64,000 nt of DNA from assembly GCA_963716395.1 (NCBI GenBank), contig OY970309.1:1536001-1600000 (forward strand), given 5' to 3'. Shown in pieces: positions 18,507 to 28,180 of this stretch (position 1 is its first letter; each line of letters starts with the position of its first letter). Source of the DNA: an uncultured Fibrobacteria bacterium (GTDB taxonomy: Bacteria > Fibrobacterota > Fibrobacteria > UBA11236). The notes below the pieces were generated by a model that was given only the letters and a program-made list of their open reading frames with translations, had not been told where the DNA came from and made no database searches. A program made the translations under genes and the position numbers.

Positions 18507-19201
18507 CGCTTCGGCTGAAGGTTTCTTGCTTGGCGGCGTTTTGTTGGCTGTCGCCGTTGCCGGCGCAGAATTTGGCCAAACTGGTCAGCGTTTCCGGATC
18601 GGTGTATTGGTTCAATACCTCGGGAGAGCGTTCCAAACCCTGCCGGCAATGGCCGGTGCGCCTGATGCCGGCTACGGCGGTCGGCCCCGGCGACACGGTG
18701 GCGACCAAAACCGACGCCTTTGGCCAATACGCTTTTTACGGGGTACCCGCGGGAAATTACAAGTTGGAAATTTCGCGCGGCTTCGGCAGGGTTTTCCAGG
18801 AGCAGGTCAAAGTACCCCAAACCGTGGCGCCGATCGTCCTGCCTCCGCGCTTGCCGGCCGTGGCCGATTCCGTGAACCCAATCCGCGTGCATTCCGATTA
18901 CGAGGTGCTGGGGCCGAAACGCTATCGCTTCAAGCTGTGGACGGAAGTTCCTCCGGAATGGAAGGCGTTGGTGAGCAAGGTCGTCTATCACATGGACCAC
19001 CCTTCCTTCACCCAGAAGGAACTGTTCGGCACCGATCCGAAAATGGACTTTGAAGCGGATTACGTCGGATGGGGTTGCCTGGAAAAGGTTTCCGTGGAAG
19101 TGGTTTTTCCCCAGGATGTTTGGAATCTGACTTTTCCCTTTTGCGCCGACCTGCAGGCCAAAGCCGAGGCGAATCGCAAGGCCGAACCTCCGGTCAAATA
19201 G
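18503..19201 (+). CDS. Secreted protein: carboxypeptidase-regulatory-like domain plus pYEATS-like domain
   Basis: Signal peptide, TDAFGQYAFYGVPAGNYKL, then VSKVVYHMDHPSF...F...YVGWG. Confidence 0.65.
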   Translation: MTLRLKVSCLAAFCWLSPLPAQNLAKLVSVSGSVYWFNTSGERSKPCRQWPVRLMPATAVGPGDTVATKTDAFGQYAFYGVPAGNYKLEISRGFGRVFQEQVKVPQTVAPIVLPPRLPAVADSVNPIRVHSDYEVLGPKRYRFKLWTEVPPEWKALVSKVVYHMDHPSFTQKELFGTDPKMDFEADYVGWGCLEKVSVEVVFPQDVWNLTFPFCADLQAKAEANRKAEPPVK

Positions 19202-19629
19202 CCGCGTGCCGCGCCCTTCGGCCCCGGAATGACTTGTCCGACTCTCTCCGGATCAGATTGAAATTTTCGTTAGCCGTTGTGAAGCCCATGAAGAACTTCG
19301 GGCGGGCCGGATCCCTTTTGAGTCGCAGGAAGGATTTTGCTTACGGTTCGCAAAACATCGGTTGTAACGAATGTGAAAATATTTAAATCCTGTCTAGATC
19401 TCATCCCCCAAAGAGTTCAAGCGTATTTTCCAACATTCTTCTCAGCGCGACATTTCTTATGCCCGTCCATACCTTGGTATTACTTTTTCCAAGATATCAT
19501 GGCGCATAAGTGGAGAAATGAAACCGCATGGTTTTGCCTACAGCGGATTTCAAAAATATCGCTCCGCCGGAGGCGGAGAGAGCGACAAAGCAGCGTGAAG
19601 TCCGCAACCCGCAGACTCCCGGAGGATAT

Positions 19630-20478
19630 TTGAAATACGCGATTGTCTGGCTGGGAATTCTCGCCATGAATACGACTTTCGCCGACCCGGCCCCGCCTTT
19701 GTGGAATTGGCTGACCGATGATTTTGAAGTGTTGATGCACACCCATGGACAAATTTCCTTCGCCCCCTATGTGAACGGAGGCAGTCCGCGCAATCAGGGA
19801 GTACCCGGATACCGATCCGATTTTTACGCCTATGTCGATTTTTTTCAATGGAAAGGCTTTATTTCCAATTGGCTCATCGCCAACTCCACCGTTATCGACC
19901 GATCCGATTCCAACATGTTCCGGTTGGATCGCATTCGTTACACGCTGACCCCGGGATATCGCTACGAATTCAAAACCTGGATCATCAGTGGACTTTTTTT
20001 GCATGAATGCATTCATTCCATCGGCCGGGTCGATTCCCTGGGTTCGGTTTGGTGGAACAGCATTCAATTCGGATTCGGGAGCAAAGGCTCTTATCAACAA
20101 TTCCTGGTGGAGCGCTATCGCAACCCTTTTGGACGCATTTGGGAAAACTGGGATTATCAAATCAACGGCGGCGCCTTTTTATACGGGCACAAATCGGTGT
20201 GGCTCGCGCAAAATCAAGACTACCGTTACCAGGAATTTTCCCTGCTGCGTTATCATCTGGGGCGATGGGGAAAATGGGGGAGCTATGCCGATTTGAACCA
20301 AGCCCTGTGGGTTCGCGCCACCGGAGACGTGGAGCAAAAATGGACGGGCACCGTGAATTTGCTTCTCATGGGTGCGGATAATATCGCGGCGCTGTATTAC
20401 ACCTATAACTTTTACGACACGAACGCCCTGGATAACGAAGACAAACTCGGGGCCTTCGGGTTCAAAATCGTTTTCTGA
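19630..20478 (+). CDS. Putative outer-membrane beta-barrel protein
   Basis: GGAGG plus TTG start, signal peptide, aromatic alternating strands, C-terminal FGFKIVF. Confidence 0.6.
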   Translation: MKYAIVWLGILAMNTTFADPAPPLWNWLTDDFEVLMHTHGQISFAPYVNGGSPRNQGVPGYRSDFYAYVDFFQWKGFISNWLIANSTVIDRSDSNMFRLDRIRYTLTPGYRYEFKTWIISGLFLHECIHSIGRVDSLGSVWWNSIQFGFGSKGSYQQFLVERYRNPFGRIWENWDYQINGGAFLYGHKSVWLAQNQDYRYQEFSLLRYHLGRWGKWGSYADLNQALWVRATGDVEQKWTGTVNLLLMGADNIAALYYTYNFYDTNALDNEDKLGAFGFKIVF

Positions 20479-20515
20479 TCTTGGCGAACGCCGATTTTGG
20501 GCCTATTCCCGACAC

Positions 20516-21664
20516 TTAATCCCGCAAACGCAGTTTCGCCGCGGCCTCGACATGGCTGGTATGTGGAAAGAAATCGAACAGCCGCAAATCTTCCAGCGCG
20601 TACGGTCCGGCCAGCAGGGCTTTCAGGTCGCGCGCCAAGGTCACGGGGTTGCAGGAAACATAGATGATACGGGGAATGCGCGCTTCGCCAAGAAAGGCGC
20701 ACACCGCCGGAGCCAAGCCCTCGCGCGGCGGGTCGACCACGGCCGCGTCGGCCGCTTCGCGGCGCAACAAACCGACGCGATCGGCGGCGAGTTCTTCCAG
20801 GCGCCCGGCGAGGAAAACCGCGCCTTCCGCGCCCACATTGCGGCGGGCGTAGGGCAGCAGATCGATTTGCGACTCGACGCAAACCACCCGCGCGAAGGTC
20901 TCGCCGAGAAAGGCTCCGAACAATCCGGCACCGGCGTACAAATCGAGCGCGGTTTTTCCGGTCAACCCCGCCAGCACGAAGTCGAGCAGGCGCGGCAATA
21001 GGGCGAGATTGCTTTGAAAAAATCCGGTCACGGGAAAAACGAAAACCCGCCCCCGTACCCTGACTGCGACCTCGGCGCCGGGGTCGCGGTCGGCCCGCCA
21101 CAGTTGCGGCGACCCGTCGGCGCCTTCGCCGGCAAAGGCCGCAAAGCGTTCCGGCGCGCCGGCTTCGCAGCCGTGCGCGAACAAAGGCGCAAAGGCCGGA
21201 TGCGCTACGGGGCAATGCTTGGCGGCCACCAAGCCGTGCCCGCTGCGGCGCAAAAATCCCACGGCGCCGGAGCCGTCGGTATGTAATTGCAGACGATTCC
21301 GATACCCGAGCGCCGGGCCCGATTCGATACCCAGGTCGGGCCACTCGATTCCGCCGGTGCGACGCAAGGCGTCGCGGGCGATGTCGAGCTTGAATCCGAC
21401 CTGGGCGTTCGGATCTATGTGCTGCCAATCGCAGCCGCCGCAGGTTCCGAAGAGCGGGCAGGGCGGCGAAGCGCGCTGGGCCGACGGTTCCTCCACCCGT
21501 AGCAGGCGGGCGCGCCAAAAATCCTTGCGGGTTTCCGTTACCTCGGCCGCGACGATTTCACCGGGTAACACGCCGGGTACGAAGACCACGCGGCCGGCGT
21601 GTCGCGCCAGGCCTTCGCCGCCCGGCACGAGTTTTTCGATTTGCAGCGTCATGTGTTCCGCCAT
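20516..21664 (-). CDS. RNA (uracil-5)-methyltransferase, RlmD/RumA family
   Basis: TRAM-like N-terminus, CPLFGTCGGC Fe-S motif, FFQSN, DLYAGAG, DPPREG, YVSCNP.TLARD, DFFPHTSHVE. Confidence 0.92.
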   Translation of the reverse strand: MAEHMTLQIEKLVPGGEGLARHAGRVVFVPGVLPGEIVAAEVTETRKDFWRARLLRVEEPSAQRASPPCPLFGTCGGCDWQHIDPNAQVGFKLDIARDALRRTGGIEWPDLGIESGPALGYRNRLQLHTDGSGAVGFLRRSGHGLVAAKHCPVAHPAFAPLFAHGCEAGAPERFAAFAGEGADGSPQLWRADRDPGAEVAVRVRGRVFVFPVTGFFQSNLALLPRLLDFVLAGLTGKTALDLYAGAGLFGAFLGETFARVVCVESQIDLLPYARRNVGAEGAVFLAGRLEELAADRVGLLRREAADAAVVDPPREGLAPAVCAFLGEARIPRIIYVSCNPVTLARDLKALLAGPYALEDLRLFDFFPHTSHVEAAAKLRLRD

Positions 21665-21677
21665 GTAGACTTTCGGG

Positions 21678-24140
21678 TTACGGCCAGGGGTGGCGGGGAT
21701 AGCGCCGCTTCAGTTCTTTTTTGATTTCGGGATAGGTGTTCTGCCAGAACGAGGTCAGGTTCGCGGTTTTCTGCACGGTGCGGAAATTCGGGGCCAGAAT
21801 GTCGAACGACACCTCGACCCGGCCGCGCAGGATTTTAAAAGCGCCCTGCATGCCCAGCAAATCGCCCAGACGCGCCGACAACTCGGGCGGCGTGTTCTCG
21901 AAGTAGGTGATTTTGCCCGGGCGCCGCCCCGCGGGCAATTTCACCGACACGGGCGCTTCGCGTTCGAGAAAAGCCGTGAGCGCGGGGCCGAGATACTCCC
22001 GTAACACGGCCGATACCGAAACGTCGCGTACCTCCTGCGCCGATTTTTTCCCCGCGCAGATTTCATGGTACAGGAGATCCCAATCCTCCTCATCCAAGGC
22101 CGGCAAGCCCTGCTCGGGGCACACGCGCTGCGCGAGACGAATACGAAAGATCCATTGGCGGGCTTCGTCGTCGAGGGGCAATTCGATTTCGCCCCGGCGC
22201 AATTGCTCGGCCAAAAGCTCGCCGGCCTCGCGATGGCGCGGCCGGGAGGCCGCGCGTCGATCCAGTACCAGGTTGCGAAATACCAGGCGATCTTCGCGTA
22301 CCACCTTGCCTTGTTTGGCGTCGAATTCTTCTGCGGATTCCCAGCGGCATTCGTCCGGAAATTCGGCTTCGACCCCGGCCGATTCCAAGGGAAGAAAAAG
22401 CGGAAAAGAGGTTTGCCGAACCCGATCTTTGCCGCCTGACTCGTGGATTTCCAGGGCCAGGATCAGCTTCACCTCGGCGGGACAACCGGGCGCGAGGCCG
22501 CGCCGGCCGTCGGACAAGACGAACGATTGTCCGCCCGACCCGTCGCGGGCGGCCAGGCGATGCAGGTAAACCGGCAGGAAGAGTTTTCCCGCGCGGCTGC
22601 GCAGGGATTCCGCGGGGCGAGGAGCGGCGCGGCTTGCGGCGGCGGAAAGCCTGCGCAGAAACTGCTGGAAAGCCTCCGTAGCATCACGGTTACCGGCGGA
22701 TCCGGGGGCGCCGGCCAAGGTCTCGGCGCGCGCGAACAGATCGCCCGATTCTTCGCGGCCCCCCGCGGGCTTGGCGGCCGACAACACCGCGGCCATGGCC
22801 GCGATGTGACGGTGCAAATCGGGCTCGGGGAAAGCCGCCGCTGCGTGCAGCACACAGGCCAATTCCGGCGGTGCCGGCCAGGAGAGAAAAGCGCGGCCCA
22901 GGGGCGTGAGGCGGCCTTGGACGAGCGCCGCGATGCGGCGCAGTTTCTCGACCGCACGTTCCCACAGCCCGGTATCGGGGGGCGTGGGCCAAAGCCCGGC
23001 TGCCTGCGCGCGCCCGGGATCGTCGATCAAGGCGTGCACGGCCAGGGCGGCTTCGGAAAGCTCGACGCGCCGCACCTCGGGCAAAAGCGCGGGCGCCAGG
23101 CGCGCGTCGCGCTCGGCGTCCCATAGGCGAATACAAAGGCCCGGCGCCGTGCGGCCGGCGCGTCCCGCGCGCTGTACGGCATTGGCGGCCGCGATGGGTT
23201 GCACGTACAGCGTGTTGAGATCGCGCTCCGGATCATAGGCCGCCACGCGCTGCAATCCCGCGTCGATCACGGCGGTGATTCCGGGCACGGTGAGGGAGGT
23301 TTCGGCCACATTGGTGGTGAGCAGGATGGTCGGGCCTTGGAGCGGTGCGGCCAGGGCCCGCCGCTGTGCGTCCAGCGGCATGGAGCCGTGCAGCTCGCGC
23401 ACCACGAAGCCGGCGCCGCGGGCGAAGGCGTCCACGGCTTCGGCAGCCTGGCGGATTTCTCCGGCGCCGGGTAAAAACACCAGCGCCGATCCCGACCAAC
23501 CTTCCGCGGCCAGCGATTTCAGCGCGCGCGCGATTTGCAGCGGCAGATATTCGCGCAGGCGCGGCGGCTGGTGGCGGATGGCGACGGGAAAAACCCGGCC
23601 CGGCAAGGTCAAAATTCGGGCGTCGGGCAAATAGGCGCGCAAGTCGCCGACCTCCAAGGTGGCCGACATCACGAGCAGGCGTAAATCCGGCCGGGCGCCG
23701 CGCCGCAATTCGCGGCACCACAGCAAGGCCAAATCGGCTTCCCAGGCGCGTTCGTGGAATTCGTCGATCACCACGGTGTGCACGCCCGCCAGTTCCGGAT
23801 CGCGCAACAATCGCTGGCGGAAGGTACCGTAGGTTTGGAACAGGATGCGGGTGTCGGGCCCCGAGGCGTTTTCGAATCGCACCTGATAGCCCGCGGTTCG
23901 GCCCAGGGCTTCGCCCAATTCCTCGGCCACGCGCGCCGCCAGGGTTCGGGCCGCAATGCGGCGCGGTTGCAAAACCCAAACCTGCCCAGAGTGTTCGGAC
24001 ACGAAGCGCGGAACCTGGGTCGACTTGCCCGTGCCCGGCGGCGCGGATAAAACCAGACAGCCCGTCGCCGCCAGCGCCGCTTCGATTTCGGCGCGCGCCG
24101 CCGTCACCGGCAGGGTTCCGGCTTCGTTTTCGCCACGCAT
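21678..24140 (-). CDS. hrpB: ATP-dependent RNA helicase HrpB
   Basis: APPGTGKST, QPRRIAAR, DEFHER, MSAT, TNVAETSLT, QRAGRAGR, and HrpB C-terminus FWQNTY...RYPRHPWP. True start ~24140; the upstream part of the ORF is antisense to motA. Confidence 0.92.
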   Translation of the reverse strand: MRGENEAGTLPVTAARAEIEAALAATGCLVLSAPPGTGKSTQVPRFVSEHSGQVWVLQPRRIAARTLAARVAEELGEALGRTAGYQVRFENASGPDTRILFQTYGTFRQRLLRDPELAGVHTVVIDEFHERAWEADLALLWCRELRRGARPDLRLLVMSATLEVGDLRAYLPDARILTLPGRVFPVAIRHQPPRLREYLPLQIARALKSLAAEGWSGSALVFLPGAGEIRQAAEAVDAFARGAGFVVRELHGSMPLDAQRRALAAPLQGPTILLTTNVAETSLTVPGITAVIDAGLQRVAAYDPERDLNTLYVQPIAAANAVQRAGRAGRTAPGLCIRLWDAERDARLAPALLPEVRRVELSEAALAVHALIDDPGRAQAAGLWPTPPDTGLWERAVEKLRRIAALVQGRLTPLGRAFLSWPAPPELACVLHAAAAFPEPDLHRHIAAMAAVLSAAKPAGGREESGDLFARAETLAGAPGSAGNRDATEAFQQFLRRLSAAASRAAPRPAESLRSRAGKLFLPVYLHRLAARDGSGGQSFVLSDGRRGLAPGCPAEVKLILALEIHESGGKDRVRQTSFPLFLPLESAGVEAEFPDECRWESAEEFDAKQGKVVREDRLVFRNLVLDRRAASRPRHREAGELLAEQLRRGEIELPLDDEARQWIFRIRLAQRVCPEQGLPALDEEDWDLLYHEICAGKKSAQEVRDVSVSAVLREYLGPALTAFLEREAPVSVKLPAGRRPGKITYFENTPPELSARLGDLLGMQGAFKILRGRVEVSFDILAPNFRTVQKTANLTSFWQNTYPEIKKELKRRYPRHPWP

Positions 24141-24305
24141 GATCGGAAATGTACCCGCCGCGTCCCGGCTTCGATGGAAAGCCGGGCCAAGGCTTGAACT
24201 TTCACGTGAACCTGGCCCCGGTTCCGCGCTTGTCCCCTGCGCCGCCCTGTGGGATAATGAATTCCGGCGCCGCGCCACGGCACCCGGATTCAGGAGATCG
24301 CGCCC

Positions 24306-25073
24306 GTGGATATCACCACTTTTTTGGGTCCCATCATCGCCTTGTGCGGAATTCTGGGCGGCATGTTGCTCGAAGGTGGCCACATTGGATCGTTGATCCA
24401 GCCCACCGCCTTCATTATCGTGGGCGGCGGCACCCTCGGCGCGACCTTGGCGAGTTTTCCCCTCGAACACACCTTGGCGGCGCTGGGCGCCGTCAAGATG
24501 GCGTTGACACCGCCCAAGGCCGATCACGAAAAGGTGATCGGCGAACTCACCGAGCTGTGCCAGTTCGCGCGCAAAAACGGCATCATGGCGCTGGAAAGCA
24601 AAGCCAAGGCCCATCCCGACGCCTTCACCCGCAAGGGATTGTCGCTGGTGGTCGACGGCATCGATCCCGCCATGCTGCTTTCCATCATGGAGACGGAGGT
24701 GGAAACCTTTGAGGAACATGCCAAGCTGCCCATCGCGGTGTTCGAAGGGGCCGGCGCCTATGCGCCCACCATCGGCATCATCGGCGCCGTGCTGGGCCTG
24801 ATCCACGTGATGGAAAATCTCGACGACCCCTCCAAGCTGGGCAGCGGCATCGCCGTGGCCTTCGTGGCCACCATTTACGGATTGGTGATTGCCAACATCA
24901 TTTGCCTGCCCATCGGCAGCAAGCTCAAGCAGCGCGTAGCGCAAATGGTGCATGAACGCAACATGGTTCTTCAGGGCCTGATCGCGCTGCAGAACGGCGA
25001 GAACCCGCATTTCCTGTCGCAGCGTCTGCGCGCCTTTCTGGCCGAGCACAAAGAGGTGGAGCACAAGGAATGA
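24306..25073 (+). CDS. motA: Flagellar motor stator protein MotA
   Basis: LEGGH..L.QP.A.IIV.GGT, ARKNGIMALE, APTIGIIGAVLGLI, AFVATIYG, GENP. Confidence 0.92.
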   Translation: MDITTFLGPIIALCGILGGMLLEGGHIGSLIQPTAFIIVGGGTLGATLASFPLEHTLAALGAVKMALTPPKADHEKVIGELTELCQFARKNGIMALESKAKAHPDAFTRKGLSLVVDGIDPAMLLSIMETEVETFEEHAKLPIAVFEGAGAYAPTIGIIGAVLGLIHVMENLDDPSKLGSGIAVAFVATIYGLVIANIICLPIGSKLKQRVAQMVHERNMVLQGLIALQNGENPHFLSQRLRAFLAEHKEVEHKE

Positions 25074-25120
25074 CGTGTCGTTGGCGGTACCGCCCCGGCG
25101 CGGCGCACGGATAACGGCGC

Positions 25121-25993
25121 ATGGCGAAGAAGCACAAGCATCCCGAACACGCGAACCACGAGCGCTGGCTCGTTTCGTACGCCGATTTCATCACGCTGTT
25201 GTTCGCGACCTTTACGGCCCTGTACGCCTTGGGTCGATCCGACGCCGACAAGGCCAAGGCCGTCGCCGAGTCCATGCGTTATTACTTCGGCGCCGCCACC
25301 AACTCCATGGTGCCCAAGGCCGTGCTCAGCTATCTCGGTATTCCCGCCGATCGCACGCAGCCGCCTTCGGCCCGCATCGCGATGGTCGAGCCCAAAGAAC
25401 CCACCAAGGGCGCCGGCAAAGGAGATCTCGAAACCGCCAAGAACCAAATCGTGAATTACCTGATGACGCAAAAATTGCTGGGCAAGGTGCGGGTCGAACT
25501 CGACAAAGAAGGCCTGCACATCAGCCTCACCGAAGCCGGCTTTTTCCCCAGCGGGCAGGCCGAATTGCTGCCGGGATCGCGCGAGGCGCTGGCCAACATC
25601 GCCGCGCATTTGCGCTCGTTCACCAATCCCATCCGCGTCGAAGGGTATACCGACAACGTGCCCATCCATTCGCGCAGCTATCCGTCGAACTGGGAATTGT
25701 CTTCGGCGCGCGCGGCCTACGTGGTGCGGGTTTTAGCCCAAGACTACGGCATCTGGCCGGCCCGCTTGTCGGCGGTTGGTTACGGCGAGTATCACCCGGC
25801 GTTTTCCAACGCCACCGCCGCGGGACGCGCCCGCAACCGTCGTGTCGACATCGTGCTGCTCAGCGGCTCCGGTCCGGCGGGGCAACCCGGAACCGATAAT
25901 AGCGCCGACGCGACCTCGCCCGCCGCATCGCCGCCGTCGCCTTCGCCCTGGTCAACCGACGACAGTTCGGACGCGCCAGTCGGCGTTCCCTAA
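25121..25993 (+). CDS. motB: Flagellar motor stator protein MotB
   Basis: HERWLVSYADFITLL (conserved Asp) and OmpA-like domain EGYTDNVP, SNWELSSARA, NRRVDI. Confidence 0.92.
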   Translation: MAKKHKHPEHANHERWLVSYADFITLLFATFTALYALGRSDADKAKAVAESMRYYFGAATNSMVPKAVLSYLGIPADRTQPPSARIAMVEPKEPTKGAGKGDLETAKNQIVNYLMTQKLLGKVRVELDKEGLHISLTEAGFFPSGQAELLPGSREALANIAAHLRSFTNPIRVEGYTDNVPIHSRSYPSNWELSSARAAYVVRVLAQDYGIWPARLSAVGYGEYHPAFSNATAAGRARNRRVDIVLLSGSGPAGQPGTDNSADATSPAASPPSPSPWSTDDSSDAPVGVP

Positions 25994-26216
25994 TCCCATT
26001 CCGGAAAAAGTTTGGATTTCGCGGCGGACCGACGCCTCGCCCTGCGACATCCCTCGACAGGGAACCAAGCTCAGGGCGCGACGGGTGAGCCCGGTTCCCG
26101 AGCCAGTCGAGGAATGCCGAACCTGTCGCCCCATCCAAGCCGTGGACACGTGTAAAGCCGCTGGGCGGTTGCGGAAAAAAGCTCCCGCGTTTTGGTCGAA
26201 TTCGGCAGTTCTGGAA

Positions 26217-26233
26217 TTGGCCCGAATCTTGTT
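26217..26233 (+). promoter_or_regulatory. Possible sigma-54 (-24/-12) promoter
   Basis: TTGGCCCGAATCTTGT versus consensus TGGCAC-N5-TTGC: correct spacing, imperfect -12. About 50 nt upstream of the SD and ATG at 26282. Confidence 0.35.
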
Positions 26234-26281
26234 CTCTCCCTGGGCATGAACTTCATCAAACCCCATCTCAGGAGGAACAAC

Positions 26282-26935
26282 ATGAAAACACAATCGCAAA
26301 CCCCGTCCCCCCCGTCCCACCAGACCCAAACCCGGACCGTCACCGGCTGCTTGGCCGGTATCGTAGCGGCCGCGATGCTTTCGACCTTGCCTACGCGCGC
26401 CGACGGCGTGGCCGCTATCACTTTCGGACTTCCCCACGCCCAGATCACCGTGGCCAGTACCTGGGACGACGACCACCGCCAAATCATGACCGCAGAAACT
26501 CCGGCGGTTGACTACGACGCCGGCCAACCCGTGGTGGTGGAAAGCGAAGCGGTTCCCACGCCGGCCACGGTGGTGTATGTCGATCAACCCTATCGCGTCT
26601 TGCGCGTTGTGCATGGCCGTCGAACCTGGGTGGTCGAACATCGGAGCGTACGGCGCGAGGTGGTATCGCATCCGGCCATGGTCCGCCACGATGAAGGTTG
26701 GCACGGAAACCAGGCGGACTTCGCGCGTGGCGACATCCGCAACCAGGCCCCGGCGCATACAACCGTTCGCGGGCATGCCGCCCCGACCGTGAACCCGCGT
26801 AACCACCAGCAAGCCAGCCATACCGCTTCGGCGGCGACCAACCGGGTCGGCAATTCCACCCCAGGCCATGGCGCCCCGAATCTCTACCCAACCTCGTCGG
26901 GACGCCCCGCCCCGGAGCGCGGCGTGCAACGATAG
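26282..26935 (+). CDS. Hypothetical secreted protein
   Basis: AGGAGG SD, signal-like hydrophobic stretch, low-complexity His/Arg/Pro-rich C-terminus. Confidence 0.6.
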   Translation: MKTQSQTPSPPSHQTQTRTVTGCLAGIVAAAMLSTLPTRADGVAAITFGLPHAQITVASTWDDDHRQIMTAETPAVDYDAGQPVVVESEAVPTPATVVYVDQPYRVLRVVHGRRTWVVEHRSVRREVVSHPAMVRHDEGWHGNQADFARGDIRNQAPAHTTVRGHAAPTVNPRNHQQASHTASAATNRVGNSTPGHGAPNLYPTSSGRPAPERGVQR

Positions 26936-26995
26936 GCGCCAAAGCCCCCGTGACCCGATGGGGCGGGGGCCAAACCTTTCACCGCGGAGAACGCC

Positions 26996-28138
26996 ATGAA
27001 CACGAAACTCGCTTGGTCCTTGCTGCTTGCCGCCACCACCGCCCATGCCGAACTGGTCGCGCGCGGGGAAAACCTCGAGGTCGGCGCCCGCGCGTTGTCG
27101 TTGGGCGGCGCCTTCACCGGTATCGCTGACGATTATTCGGCGCTGTATTACAACCCCGCGGGCATGACGCAACTGCGGCATTCCGAAATGGGGTTGAATC
27201 TCGCATATCAGATGCAGGAGAACGATGCCACGCCCGCCCAGGGCACCACGTCGATGCGCAGCTTGGAATCGACCCGCGTCGGCGATTTGTCCATGGTGCT
27301 GACCCAGGCTCGGGGCTGGGCCGTGGGCCTGGGCTATTACGCACCCACGTCTTTCGACGATCCGTTGCAATATTTCGCGCGCGGCCGCACCTATGCTTAC
27401 CAGGCGCAGGGCGCCCTCGATCATTACCGCGTGGCCGTGGCTTATGCGCCTTCATCCAGGGCCAGCGTGGGCTTCGCGGCCACGGCCTTGTCCGGACGCC
27501 AGCAATTGGAGATTCAGGATGTTACCACCGAACGCTATCTCGACGACTACAGCGGCTTCAACCTCGAACCTTCGTTTCTGCTACAGCTTTCCGATGTGGT
27601 GAGCCTGGGCGGATCGGCGGTGATGATCGAACATTTGGCTTTGCACGACATCTACCAGGAACAGGGGCAGCCGGCCGTCGAAACCGATTACCTGATCCAC
27701 GATCCTTTGCAGACGCGGCTGGGACTGGCGTTCCAATGGAGTCGCACGCAACTCGATATCGATTGGCACGGCGTATTCTGGAGCGCGTATGCCTATGCCC
27801 AGGAAGGCAGCAGCTTTTTCCAGAACGAGCCCGGTTATACCAACCAGAACGTATTCGCCCTCGGAGTCGAGCAGCGCCTGTCCCTGGGCCCGATCCTGCG
27901 CGCGGGTCTATCCTGGGAAGCCGAGGATCCCACCTTTACCGACCCGGAATGGATTCGCCATCCCGCCAGTTTCAACTTTGGCCTGGGTCTTCCTCTGGCC
28001 AGATACCTCGTGTTCGACGCGGGCTATCGCTATCTCACCTCGAAGTATGCGCAAGCCTCGACCGCCGGCGGTCCGGTCGACCTCACCATCGCCGCGACGA
28101 ACCAGCAGGTCATGGGCTCGCTGCGGTTGCGCTGGTAA
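26996..28138 (+). CDS. FadL/OmpP1-like outer membrane protein
   Basis: Signal peptide, GARALSLGGAFTGIADDYSALYYNPAGM, amphipathic strands, terminal aromatic residue. Confidence 0.82.
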   Translation: MNTKLAWSLLLAATTAHAELVARGENLEVGARALSLGGAFTGIADDYSALYYNPAGMTQLRHSEMGLNLAYQMQENDATPAQGTTSMRSLESTRVGDLSMVLTQARGWAVGLGYYAPTSFDDPLQYFARGRTYAYQAQGALDHYRVAVAYAPSSRASVGFAATALSGRQQLEIQDVTTERYLDDYSGFNLEPSFLLQLSDVVSLGGSAVMIEHLALHDIYQEQGQPAVETDYLIHDPLQTRLGLAFQWSRTQLDIDWHGVFWSAYAYAQEGSSFFQNEPGYTNQNVFALGVEQRLSLGPILRAGLSWEAEDPTFTDPEWIRHPASFNFGLGLPLARYLVFDAGYRYLTSKYAQASTAGGPVDLTIAATNQQVMGSLRLRW

Positions 28139-28180
28139 AGCGGAAAAACCCGGCCGCCGGATTCATACTATTCCAAGCTC

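Noticed and set aside
24141-25064. N-terminal ~300 aa of the 1128-aa ORF, suggesting an HrpB fusion
   Set aside because: It is the antisense shadow of motA. The helicase starts at ~24140.
24306-25993. Zorya (ZorAB) defence system
   Set aside because: MotA lacks the long ZorA tail, the motifs are canonical flagellar-type, and there is no zorC/D/E.
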